From contig NKIB01013138.1 of the NCBI GenBank assembly GCA_002256025.1, positions 1-63,847 of the forward strand: a DNA stretch of 63,847 nucleotides, given 5' to 3'. Under the pieces are notes generated by a model. That model was not told the DNA's origin and ran no database searches. It was given only the letters and a program-made list of their open reading frames with translations. The stretch comes from Asterionella formosa (lineage: Eukaryota). Positions 12,031 to 24,320 of this stretch are shown piece after piece. Each line of letters begins with the position of its first letter. The first letter of the stretch is position 1. Position numbers and translations under genes: made by a program.

Positions 12031-12876
12031 ATGCAGTATTCTCGAACGTGCTGGAAGTCCAATTTCTTGCTACTGGTCTTGACTTGGGTAGTGCCACAAG
12101 TATGCCATGCCTCGCTGTTAGACGACGGCGTTCGACAACAAATTAAAATCATATTAGACGCAATCGGAAGCTGGAAGACAATTCAGGAGACACAGGAACG
12201 AAAGCAGCCCTTTGTGACCCTAACCTTTGCGCAGAGCCTAGATGGAAAGATTGCCCTTGTCAACGACGGGACTACTCTACCTTCGAGCAATTTTCGCCTT
12301 AGTGGCGACGCGTCGCTGCTAATGACCCATGGGTTACGATCTATTCACGACGCCATCATCGTCGGAGGGCAAACGTTTTCCACGGATAATCCAAGATTGT
12401 CAAATAGATTATGGGGTGATGACCAGCCTAGACCAGTGGTTTTGGATACCAGTTTGAGGCATCTCCGAAGACTTGAAGGTACGATTAGAGCACGAAATTT
12501 TATTGTATGTTGCAGCCAAGAGGCAGCTGATTCATATTCCTCGAATGAGCTTCCTTCGGTACAAATTCTTCCTTGTCGTCTTAATTCTGACAGTTCACTG
12601 GACCTATGCCACGTCCTGGAGCAACTGAAGACCACTTTTGGGATTCGTTCTGTGATGGTCGAGGGAGGAGCTGGAGTGTTGTCCTCGTTTGTATCTGCAA
12701 ATTTAGGAGACTGTATTTGCATCACGATCGCACCAAAGCTCATTGGAAATAAAGATGGTATTGCAGCTTTCGCCAGCATAGCATTCAGGCCATTTCTTGA
12801 TTTTGGGGAATCTGGAAACTTTCTGCCTCTTGGTTCGGATTGTATATACCTGTCTCGGTGGCCACACCGAGAATGA
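12031..12876 (+). CDS. Stand-alone RibD C-terminal / RIB7-like pyrimidine reductase (riboflavin synthesis)
   Basis: PFVTLTFAQSLDGKIA, H.LRSIHDAIIVGGQT..DNPRL, PRPVVLD, SVMVEGGA, ITIAPKLIG; hydrophobic N-terminal leader. Confidence 0.85.
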   Translation: MQYSRTCWKSNFLLLVLTWVVPQVCHASLLDDGVRQQIKIILDAIGSWKTIQETQERKQPFVTLTFAQSLDGKIALVNDGTTLPSSNFRLSGDASLLMTHGLRSIHDAIIVGGQTFSTDNPRLSNRLWGDDQPRPVVLDTSLRHLRRLEGTIRARNFIVCCSQEAADSYSSNELPSVQILPCRLNSDSSLDLCHVLEQLKTTFGIRSVMVEGGAGVLSSFVSANLGDCICITIAPKLIGNKDGIAAFASIAFRPFLDFGESGNFLPLGSDCIYLSRWPHRE

Positions 12877-13182
12877 GGATTAAACTACCGGTAGAGCAGA
12901 ACAAAGAGTCATTCTACAGAAAGGTCGCTGTTGAAGGCCCTTACATTTTCACCTGTGTACGCTATGTAACAAGTATTCTTATTATCTGATAAATTTTAGG
13001 CCCTTCAATTTAATTGACTAAGGTACTGGTAGTGACCACTGGAGTTGCATTAGCATCGCAATTATGCCCCTTCTTTGTCCTCAAAATCCTAGCGTCCAAC
13101 GCACTCACTCTTTTAAGCTCTTTAATAACACATAACTTTTCTAGGCACAACATCACGCCTTGTGTAACCTTGCACCCCCTAC

Positions 13183-15185
13183 TCACTTGATGTCAAGCCT
13201 TTCTTTGGCAGGCAAACTCTTGTTCTTCTTGCGATCCTTCCACTCCGCGAACGAGCTTTGATCTTTCTTTGAAAGAGGGGAGGAACTACTTTCGTCGGCG
13301 TGTTCCCTCTTGGCGATCTTTGGGAGAGGTCGCTTCTTCTTGTTCACGACTACTCCATCCACCATTTTATGTGTGCATATGGAATTATCAGGGACGTTGG
13401 TGCCAGTGACAGATTTGGAAGTCAACCCACCATCTGCAGCAACAGGGTTCTCAGCTTTCGACTCGTCAAGCGGTGTGTCCAGGTCACTGACAGACAAAAC
13501 TTCCATCAACCAAGCGGAGACAGCTTCTCCATCCTTGGTTGGCGGGCGCTTCTCGAGCAATCCGTTCCACCTGTGCTCGCGCTCAGCACTTATCTTGCAG
13601 GCACTCTGTGGCAACTCGATTGGTGGAGTTGGTGGAGGTGGTGTAATAACTGGTTCATCTGCAATACCGTTGCTGTGGGGCTCGATGACCGGAGCTACAA
13701 CAACCTCCTTGGCTTCTTCGGTAGTTGTAGTGGTAGCAGCAGTAGCAGCAGCAACAATTGCAACCACATCAGAAGGCTCTTCCTCCTCTTTCTTTGCTGC
13801 CTGCTGAGCGCGAACGGCAGAGGCGTCCTTAGTGGTGGAAGCGGCAATTGCAGCTTTTTTCGTTGCTTTAGGTGTTTCCGTTTCTTCACCGCCAGATTGG
13901 CTCTCGTCATCGTCATTAGAATTGCTGTTCTTGCCGTGCTTGTGCCCTGATGAATGTAGAAGACAGCTATAATTAGAAAAAGTCCTTTCTTTTCTCCGCA
14001 ATGCAAGCAAGCCTTGATTTACTTACTTTTCCTAAAGTTTCGTTTGGCCACGGGCACCTTGCAGTGTGTACAATAGCGGAATTTAATGCCAGCATTGCGG
14101 CAGGCAAAGTACGAGCAGATGAGTTCTTCGCCATGTTCAACGTTTTCGGGGATGACGAAATAAGCAGTCTACAGGCAGGGAACAATTAGAGAACGAGAAT
14201 AGGTCAGCGGCTTACTATCACAAATACCACAAAGCAATATCCCCTTAACACACACCTTGAAGTTGTGATCCATGGGCATTCCACGAGCTCGACAAGGCAC
14301 GACAACTGACCCAGGGGTCTTTTGGAACGTGTCTTTGGAGATTTCGCTATGACGACGGCCCGAAGCAGCAGAGTCGGCGACCCCGGAGCCACGAAGACCA
14401 GCACGTTGTAGGATTGCCTCGGCACTCTCGCCGCCTTGTTGCAGCTGACGGTTAAGTTGATCTTCTCTAAATTGTGCCTCATGTAGCTGCTCTAGCTGTT
14501 GACGAGCAGCAAGAGCTCCGAGACTTCCAGGGCCGCCAGCAGCAGCAGCCATAAGCTGGCGACGCTCCATTTCCTCGAGTCGCTGCAGTTCGAACTCTTG
14601 CTGAAGGGGGTCCATACCAGGGCCGCCGCCTCCGCCAAGGCCCATTTGCTGTTGCATTGCAGCAGCACGAGCGAGGAGGAAGTCGTGGTTTTGGAACTGG
14701 GTAGCCTGGCGAATCTGAGCAGCAGCAACGGCGGAGCGAATGTCAGAAGCAAGAGCGAGGGCGGCAGCTTGCTGTTGCTGCTGTGCAGCGAGGAGATTGG
14801 CGTTCTGGTTGTAGATATCACCATCACCGCCGCCTCCTCCGCTTCCCCCTCCTCCGAAGCTGCCTCCTCCTCCAAAGCCGCCACCGAGACCTCCTCCGAG
14901 ACCACCACCAAGGCCTCCTCCGAGACCTCCAGCACGAAGATGAGCGAGGATAGCATTGTGCTGCTGAAAGACCCCCTCAGCACGAGCAGATGCAGCTTGA
15001 CGCATGTGTTCTTCGAAGCTTCCTTGGTGGTCGACGGATCCTCCAGAGCCTTCAAGCTTTCGAGAACCGCCGTTCTGTGCTCCTGAAGGGCGTTTATGTT
15101 GCGCATCGGCAGCGTGAACAAGAAGAGATAGAGGAGAGGCTTCAGAGGCCTCGGCGGATGGCTTACCCCCGAGTTGACGGTTCAT
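13183..15185 (-). CDS. Gln/Ala/Gly-rich protein with a CRARGM...Cys/His putative zinc-finger domain; exons 15185-14256, 14168-14027, 13946-13183, about 611 aa
   Basis: Two GT-AG introns join VPCRARGMPMDHNFK|TAYFVIPENVEHGEELICSYFACRNAGIKFRYCTHCKVPVAKRNFRK|RHKHG in frame. Basic NLS-like patches occur at the C-terminus. Confidence 0.75.
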
Positions 15186-15400
15186 CTTCAGAATACGATT
15201 GCGGGTGCAATGAAACCGTTTGAAGCTCTTTTGTGTTTTTTCGAATCAGAAGCTTCTTGGCAAAGCAACGTTTATGTGCGTGTTGCTTTGTTTCCACGGT
15301 TTGTGTGGTACAAGAATTACCGTGGGATGTTTGGGCAATTGGGAGCATCCTACCTTCAGCTCACTACCTCCTCGACCATGACCACAAATCACTCCATGCG

Positions 15401-15487
15401 GCGACAATTATTCATGAACACGCTGCATGCAGGGGTTCACATCCAGCGACAATTATTTATAAACACGTTGCATGCAGGGGTTCACAT
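15401..15487 (+). repeat. Tandem duplication, 45-nt period, upstream of the zinc-finger gene
   Basis: GCGACAATTATTYATRAACACGYTGCATGCAGGGGTTCACAT at 15401 and 15446. Confidence 0.9.
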
Positions 15488-15779
15488 TGCATAGAATGCC
15501 GAGGAGTTCGTCTGCAAAAGTCACAAAGAGGCATTAAGGACAAGGTTCATTTCCAGGATAGTGCCAGCACATCATGTTCCTCAAGACAGTTTGAATCCGT
15601 TCGTTACTTACCACTGTATAGTATTGGGATTACTTAGAGTATTGGGAAATTGTCGCTTCTACAGGAATTTATTCAGAAAATGCAACTGAGCAATGACCGT
15701 TAGCTAGGCGATTCCACATCCCCACTGACCATTATTTACCCGCGACACAAATAAAAGGGTTTGGCTGATCGAAAATATC

Positions 15780-16930
15780 GGTACCTGGTACCGGAACCAG
15801 GTAACAGGTACTCCAACCAGGTAGCTGATACTGTACCATTGGTACCAGGTAGCTTCCGTTATGTGCATGTACTCCCCGCATTCAGCCTCTAGAGTACATA
15901 CTTTACCAGGTACCGGTAGCTCAATTCAAGATGAACATCGGTTCCTCGAGGTACTGCTACCTGGTAGTGGTAGCCAGTAGCAGGACAATACTGTCCATGG
16001 GCTGTGCCGGAGTGTCCTAGTACTGTAGGGTACCAATACTGACTTGGTAGCAAGAAACATGCTATCTCGTTCAAGTCCTCCTTCCAACGTAACGTGACAT
16101 TCAGTTGTAGAACGGATGCCTGGTACGGAACGCTTATCAACGGATTTGCAATACCGGCACGTACCAGAAATATAAATATGCAATTAGTTTATAAAATTTA
16201 TACTCCGAGTACCTGTATGTTGAAATGCATGCATCGCTGTCTAGAAGGCCGCCTGCTGTGGAATGATGTACTCCGAGTAACAACACAAAGTTCGAAATCT
16301 AAAATATCAACGCTTTCCTCCAATCAATCGAAATGCATTTTCTTTCACAACAATGATGTACCACGTTTTACACGTCGACAAAGCCCATGCGTCAAGTGTC
16401 GTCTACGACAAAAATTCGCGTCGTAAAACCATCGTTTGTATCATCATATGTACAAGGTAACGTGTGCATGTACCGGTATCCTGTTTGTGCCAGTACTGTT
16501 AAAACTGGCACCTGGTACCTTGTACCAGGTACCGGTACATACCAGCTGCTTCTTGTGATGAGGACCGCGTATGACACTTTTGCTTACTAGGTAAGCAGTT
16601 GTTCAAGCAGTCACATCCCGGTACATAAATAGGGAGTTGATCTTGTCTTGCGTATTTTTTTCGTGTGTTGTCATCAATCCTCAATGAATTGGACTACCGG
16701 TACTGTTATCTGATATATCGACATTTAATTTACTATGCAGGTTCCTGAATTTGAAGCAATAAAATTTTTTGAGTCAGACTAGTCAAACACGTACTTTTAA
16801 GGTATAAAATAATTATGTATTACACTCACCATTGTCCTGTTACTTACATTATCATATACATATAATATTACTGGTAGACTAGTACCTGGTACCTGGTACC
16901 TGGTACCTGGTACCTGGGTATACAAGGTAT
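15780..16930. repeat. Clusters of TA-CCWGG/CCGG units (about 15780-15970, 16510-16545, and (TACCTGG)5 at 16883-16917)
   Basis: Read directly from the sequence. Confidence 0.8.
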
Positions 16931-17062
16931 GTGTTCCTGCCTTGTAACTACTGTTTATGGCCACATTAAAAATTTTACTATTGTTTTATGTCGCAATTGT
17001 GTAGAATGCAACTGCTTCTTGAATCATGTATACCAGTGTGGCCAGCTGTGCAGAACCGCTGG

Positions 17063-17163
17063 TAATAGTGATGTGGTATTCCATGTTGCTGCTCACCCAC
17101 AGACAACATGATCTAATAGTGATGTGGTATTCCATGTTGCTGCTCACCCACAGACAACATGAT
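17063..17163 (+). repeat. Perfect tandem duplication, 51-nt period
   Basis: TAATAGTGATGTGGTATTCCATGTTGCTGCTCACCCACAGACAACATGAT at 17063 and 17114. Confidence 0.9.
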
Positions 17164-17189
17164 ATTCATACAACATTTTTTACCAAAAA

Positions 17190-18560
17190 CCGACAATGGT
17201 TGTCTCGAAAAGCTTAACTGCCACCTGACTTGGGAAAGACATCCCAATTGTTCCAGTCCCACTTCGTGAAAACACCAATTGTTTTGTCATGAAGTGGAAA
17301 CTTGGAGTGTTGCTAGATAAAAATAAGGAGAACTCGGACCATAAGTTGCTAACTTCGCTTTTTCCTACAAGGTCACCTTGGAGCCAACAAGAATGTGGCG
17401 TTGAATGTGGATAAACTCCTTCCCATCATGTTGGAAAGAGTGGAGAAAATCAGGTCGTTATCAGTTACCAAAAAAAATGGCGGAGAGAAGTGGGATGGCA
17501 TGTTCTTGTCATTACACCTCGTAAACTTGAAGCGGCTTTGAAATTCTTCAAAGATGATTCCTGGCCCTCATTCAAATGTCGCCGCATTGATGATCTCCGC
17601 TTCTTTCTGGAAAAAATTGCTGAAGCCATGAAAGCTGTGTCTTATATCATGGAAGATGATACAATGCTCCAGATTTCTGGTGTTCCACCTGAAAAGGTAT
17701 TTGTGTTAACTTGTCCTTTCTACCAGACAACTTTTTTTCGACCAAAAACTGTCCTTTCCTGGACATCGGCCAACAGCAGATTATGGTTCAAGTCGGTACA
17801 GGTCAGGCGACTTGGTTGCTTATCAGGGCTTCTTTCCGGACAAAGAGGATCCTTGCGGAATGCTTCAGGCAGATGACAGGCAAGGCAATGCCGTTGGTTG
17901 CCTATGGCCCATTCACTGACAAAATGAAGATCTCGGACCCCACATCAAATGACAATGTGAACCACTTTTGGAAAATGTTGTCAATGGTCATTCCCGGTTC
18001 TGTTGCGTAGCCCCCATTTGTAGCAGGTAACGCAACCAATGTCAGGAAAGCTATGCCACATACCTGTACATGATTGCACACTAATGTCAATTTGTCAACA
18101 GTTTGTCAAGAGCCACATTTTGACTACCAGCATACAGAGCTGGTAATCAACGATGTTGACATGTTCCTTTCTTGGGGATTGAATATGTCCCTTGGTTCTG
18201 GTGTGTTCTCCATAAATGTCTGGGATGGAGAGTCATTTGACTGGAACTTGGCCTTTGACTTAGATCGAAAAGGTAAAGCAGCAGAGAATCAACATGCGAT
18301 GTTACTTCACATTCCTTTCAAGTACATATTTTAATGTGGGGTGATACAGTTTATGCAGGTGCTATGGACAATCACCTCACCAATGGAGCTTTGAGACTTC
18401 ATATGTACTTGTCCCCTGGTTCCACTCCCTAGAAAAAACTCAGTTGCGATCAGGAAACAAGCTGGGAATGCCATTAACACAAAGGGGGCCTATGGAAAGA
18501 ATCGTGTCCCTCCATCTCTAGTTTCATTTTTGCTTGATTCTTATGGAAAAGGATGGTAAA
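17190..18560 (+). pseudogene. Decayed gene with a C-terminal PhyH-like 2OG-Fe(II) dioxygenase domain
   Basis: QEPHFDY (HxD), then after a frameshift M[W]GDTV[Y]AGAMDNHLTNGALRLHMYL, which fits RGDxVHAG...R if two C>T changes are reversed. Many frameshifts. Confidence 0.5.
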
Positions 18561-18669
18561 TTTATATTTAATAATCATTAGCTAAAAGTATGTTATTCAA
18601 TTAGTAAATCAATACTAGTTGCACTACAATTGGTATAAAACATTGTCAAGATGTTAAGACAGGCGAGGA

Positions 18670-19125
18670 TTGACCTTCTTGAGAGCATCTCCAATTCAAT
18701 TGGCGTCATCAACACCAATTGAATTGGCATTGACATGAATTTAACTGCCTCAGAAATAAAGCGAAAACAGTCAATCCAGTATTGACCATGAGGAGGTAAT
18801 GGCCTTCACACCATCATCACCAATTGAATTGGTATTGAGATCAAGTGTAGTTATGACAGTATCGGCCTTGAAGGCCTGTGTTGATATTGACCTCAATTGG
18901 GTAATGGCCTTCGCATCATCATCACCAATTGAATTGGCACTGAGATCAAGTGTAGTCACGAAAATATCGACCTTGAAGACCAGTGTTGATGGCCTCTGCG
19001 CCGTCAAGAACAATAGAATTAAAATCGAAACCAACTGTTGTCAATTCAGCATTGACCTTGACAGCCTCTACAATTGCCTTGGCGCTGACAACATCAATTG
19101 AATTCTTTGGTACATCAAGTTTCGC
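18670..19125 (-). pseudogene. Leucine-rich repeat (RNI/NLRC3-like) gene fragment
   Basis: Repeated TTLDLxxNSIGDDxxKAI units, frameshifted. Confidence 0.75.
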
Positions 19126-20799
19126 CGCTATGCCGCCCGCTCAAACTAGTAGCCGAGAATTTGCGCGCATGCCGTTTTTACGCAGTATCGGTGCGTAAAA
19201 ACAATTTAAACAATGACACCGGTCTATGACGTTCGTTTTCGTACAAAGCGACTCCATCAGCCGCCATGACTGTAGTTATGTTCAAACAGCACAAAGGATG
19301 TCCCATTACAGGTTTCGATACCGGTACTCACGTTTCGATTTGATCGTTGTTGTGGGTTAATTACGTGGAAATACTACAGAGCATTTTCTACGCATGCAGC
19401 GGCATAAAAAAATAGCAAAAAAAAGGAAGGCGTGTTACTGTAATAAATTATTTTACTAGCGATGTACCGGTACCCACATTGATATACCGCCAAGCAAGGA
19501 ATTTTCGGGTTGATATAGAGGAGAAAACTATACCAGGTATATTATTTAAATTATAGACGCTCCTCCATGTTGAGACGAAACTTGTTTACATCCCGACCTG
19601 GTGGTTTGAAAACCACTGGGATGGAAGATATCTCAGACGAAAGCGAAGAAGTGGCTGACGAAGATGACAGTCACAATCACAGTCACAGTCATAGCGACAG
19701 TGATAGTACTGACAGTTCCGGTATCGAAAAACAGCCTAAATTTGAAGAGGGTCATATATATTAGTTATCAAAACTAATCTGCTAACCAAATGCTTTGATA
19801 TATTGATACGTTGTTTGATTGATCAATAGCTGTTGCTCATTGATCAATCATTGTTTTGGCAAATGTTATGACTGTACACAGATCACCTTACGTGTATGTA
19901 AACCTTGTACCCAACGATGCTATCAGAATGAACTCTGTGATTCCTATTTGAATGCTCTGCCAGTACATGCTTTGATCCAATTATTGTAAATGTAGTATTC
20001 GTCATTATCTCTCCATTCGCATATCAGTAATCGAATTTCTTACAAGCCATGTGCGTTCGTTGAATCCCTTATGAGCTACCTTCTTGCAGGGACGACGATG
20101 ATCTCAGTCTTATGAAAAATGATATGGTCTCGATTTTGATGGGGAATTATGCTGGCGAAGTTTGATTGTTTGTTTGTGACTCGAAATCAAAAAGCTTTGG
20201 TCAATTTATACGACAGAATTGGAGAACGATGCATTGAAGTCCATACCCGATTCCAATTCCAACCGAAATCAAGAAGATAGTACGTTTTGATCATAATTCG
20301 CCCATTGCGAACATCGATCCCTATTTTGAATCTGTTCTTCAAGATGAGATGTGGATCAAAGTGAAGATGGACCCGATGGCGGCGCAGTTTGTTGCTCATG
20401 GCCTTAATCATGGGTCTTACATTCTCATTGACTAGCTATTGGCGAGCACGTTTGTATGCTGCAGACATAGAGCCGCAACATCACTAATCAGGAAGTAGCT
20501 TCATTTCATTCAGGAAATAGTAGCATCACATGAACCTTGAATAGCAGGGAGTTCGAAAAAACAATTGTAACTTTGCTTAATAACATTGCACTATCCCATT
20601 GTTTTAAGAAATCTCTTTATCGGCAACATCAGAGGCACTATATGATAGGACAGCCTAACCCCATTGCCACACATATACTTTCCACAAAGTGACCGCTATA
20701 TTAATATAGCTTATATAAAAATGGTGTAGCTTGTCCCACACATATGTTCTGGCCACTCCAAAGTGTAAAATATTTATGAAGGTACCAGAACCATTATTC

Positions 20800-23218
20800 A
20801 ATCAATAGCTGATTCCAATGTTGTACAGCAACAATGGTTGTCGAAATGAGCGACCCAATGATGTTGATAAACTTCTCCGTTATGGGGGCGTTTCAAATGA
20901 TCCCTGTATTTTTACTAATATTGTTGTTGCTGGTATTGATACAGAAGAAAAGAGGAATAAGCTTCTGTGCACCATTACGGCCACATTTGAGAAGCATCGC
21001 CAAAATTGGGAACTTTTTTCCTGACAAGCCGATGGAATTTGTCATACCTGTCATTCCAAATAAAGATCACCAACGTCGTGTATTCTCCGTTTATGCATTG
21101 ACACAGGCGAGTGAAAACGAAATAGTTGATGCCAGTTCATCTTATCCCAATACCATTCCAAGAAGTAAAGATTGTGTTGCTTGTATGCCCATGGTAGATC
21201 TTGTTTCTACTTCCTCAGAGCGTTTTATTGAGTCTATCAAATCTGATAGACTTGATATAAAATCTCCCCCTTCCAAAGCAAAGCAAAGCAAAATGTAAAT
21301 TAAAGGCAACTCCAGACATGGTTGCCAATCCGGAAGAAGCAGTCCATGACTTGTCACCAAATAGTTCCGAAATTGTAGAAGTGACTGGGAAAGTAAATTT
21401 AAAAAACAGGTTGAGGAGGAAAGTGATTTGTCCCATTTATCTAGTAGTAAGGAGTTGGAAATATTGAAACAGCACATGATCGCCAGTCTGGATGTAATTC
21501 ATGACTACTTTTAAAAGATTTCCGAAACTGTTGCAAACCCTGAGACAGTAATTGAGCAGGTCAAGGAGATAAGTGATTTATCCTGTAAGGATAAATCATT
21601 ATTGAAATTATTTGATGAAGGAATTCATAAATATTTATGCGAAAGAGCGAGGAGAAGTGAAGAAACACATCAATTACTTGTATCGAAAAAATTGATAAAG
21701 GAAAAGGTAGCAGCTGCTGTTTCGGGATATGGCGACGAATTGGAATGTTTCAACGATCACCTTTATAGTGTTCCACCCTCTTTTTCTTTGTGGAAAGCAT
21801 GTCCTGCCCATTCTGCGTGAATTGCCAAGTATTTGATTCACCTTTCCGGTTCCCACTTCCGTTGGGTCCGGAGTCACATAAGCTTTACTACAATACATAC
21901 TCTCGCTCCCCCTTAGAAGTACGTCAATATTGCAGGAATGAGTATTCCCTTAAATTGTCAGAGAACCAGTACAGGAGCAATCATATAGAACTGGACAATT
22001 GTGCATGTTGTTGGGATATTGAAATTGTGACAGACATTGTGAAGGTCATTGTTCATGAACTGCATCCCTCAAACATTCATGAAATTGTTGAATCTCAAGA
22101 CAGAAATGACTGGAATACTCAACGTCCTTATCCATCTAACAGTTTTTATCTCCAACCCTCCATTGAATTCCTTATTGCGATTTATTTACAAACACGACAT
22201 CAAAAACATCATGTTCTATATTGTTTTGATCAAAATGAAGGCAACGTTGAAGTGCGTGATCCTGAACATGGAGTTAGTTTGAAAAGTCATTTGAAATGCA
22301 TTCACGAGATTGCACGCAAATATCGTATTTGCCCTGGTGTAAATATTAACAAAGAAAAAATTCCCTCCAAAGCTATGGTCAAATTCAAAACCTATTTCGA
22401 AAAATGGAACTCTGGCATGAAGAAGGCTCGATCAGAATTTCGAGAGAGTTTTCTGAAAACATTCAGTGAGATACCAAAAATCCGAGGTTACACCGATGGG
22501 GAACCTTAATTTAAGCTGGGCGGTGCTTTCCGTGGGAAAGACCCTCTGAAATGTTTTATAGCAAAACATTCAGATTCAAAGATTTTTTAACCAACCAAAG
22601 GTGCTGGATGGTCATGTGGTCCCTTTACAATTGTGAAGTTTATGGAATTACTACTGCATCTACGATACAGTGGAAACTAATTTTATGGGGAAACAAAGTG
22701 AGTCACGTTTAACAAAGGATGGTTGGGATGCATTTATGAAAATGAAATTTAAGGGTGAAAATCAAAATAGATTGTCATTTCCTGGTAATCCAAAAAATGA
22801 CGTTGAAGATGCAGTTATGGTATATGTTCTCAACCTCATTGTGGGTTCATGTTGTGACAAAGTTGCAGCAATGGAGTTCAATCCTGAATTCGAGTTATCT
22901 CCGATGTTAACTACAACTGCTCTCCTGAGGTATCTTAGTAAAATGCTTCATCATCCCGTGGAATCTTACCATTGGCATAGTAGTAATAAAGAAACCTTGA
23001 ATTTTGAAAAAGAATACGAACGTTCTTTCGTTGTTGCTGAGGGGATGCAGAAAGTGAGCAGGTATGCTTTTCTCTTGAATGACAGCCAGCATGATATACT
23101 ATACAAAGATTTCAAGAGTTTCTTGAAGGCTTCGGAAGAATCAGGGGATGGTGACAGCTCATTTTCACTGTCAGGTTCTCAAAAAAAGAGAAAAATCATA
23201 AAGATAAGTAAACTATGA
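20800..23218 (+). pseudogene. Decayed transposon-associated gene with a Ulp1/C48-like protease domain
   Basis: HHVLYCFD...EVRDP (His/Asp) and, in the same frame past two TAA stops, IF*PTKGAGWSCGPFTIVKFMEL (Cys motif). Confidence 0.5.
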
Positions 23219-23323
23219 ATTCCGAGGCAGTTATTAAATGTTGAAGTATATCCGTAATAATTTGTATTGTGACGATTAGTGCTGCTTCTCTGTACTTAAA
23301 AGAATATCCCAACCAATCAATTT

Positions 23324-24320
23324 CTATTGATTTCGTGGTGGTAATGCAATATAATAATCTGTATTTTCCATGGCTTCAACGTTTTCTCGTGTACTCATAC
23401 ATTTACTGATTGTAGCTGGTGCTATCAAAGCTGGGACTACAAATGCTGTGGAAAGAATGTTGTAATGCTCAACAACGCTTAATCTAGTCTTCTCATCACA
23501 AATGTAATCACTTGTAGCAAAAAACATGCAAGGAGGAACTGGCATGACAATGGTACTCTTCAAAGAACGTATAGATGCAAGGAGTGTTTCAGTTCCATCT
23601 GAATAAACGACTTTACCCCATAAAAGTAATTTTGCTGGTACACTGTAATTTTTCCCATTTCGACTTTCCCAATTCACTTCAACCCAATCAAACCAAGAAT
23701 TTGATTGATGAATAACACTCTCGTCCTGTTTGCTCAATTTTGGATAGCATCTTAAAATTGTTTTCGTACCGTCATCTTTGGAGATTATAGTAACATGATA
23801 ATAGAAATTGATCCGATCTATCTCTACAGACGTAGTAGTTCCAGTAGAATTTCTGTCCTTGCACCGCTGTACGGCAGAATTTACAAGGTTCTGACTGGCA
23901 GGTTTACCATGTTTGTTGTCTGGGTGAAACAAGCGGTAGTATACTGTCTCATCTGAGCGTTTTCGTTGTGTCCACAGTTGTTTAATAACGCCGGAAATGT
24001 ACCAAACTCCACATTGGACTTTCTCCGCTGAGAAAGATAATTGTTTGGGTTTCAAAACAATGGATGCCTCTGCTTCCTTTCTAGTATTTATCGAATTTGT
24101 ATCTTCAAATTCAGATTCATCTGATTGAACTGTATCAGTACCTCCGTCGCTCACTAACAGTGACATGGTGTAAACACTGGGGAGGAGAACTTTCCTGGCA
24201 AGTGAATATTGTCTTCCTTCATAACTCCTCAATAATATATCATGTTGGAGACAATGTGTATGGCCATTGACTCATTTACTTGGCCGTTTTAATTTCATTT
24301 TCAAGAATGATTCCAGGAAA
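23324..24320 (-). pseudogene. C-terminal fragment of a Plavaka/CMC-like transposase
   Basis: ILRCYP...WFDWVEVNW...VPAKLL and upstream ESFLKMKLKRPSK resemble recalled Plavaka-type C-termini; the N-terminal catalytic region is missing. Confidence 0.45.

Noticed and set aside
13300..15121. Long antisense or alternative-frame ORFs over real genes (also in NOL10, AP2A and the mS26-like gene)
   Set aside because: Shadow ORFs arising from codon bias and low complexity.
16883..16917. Telomeric repeat
   Set aside because: The unit TACCTGG differs from TTAGGG-type telomeres, and such arrays are interstitial and of mixed orientation.
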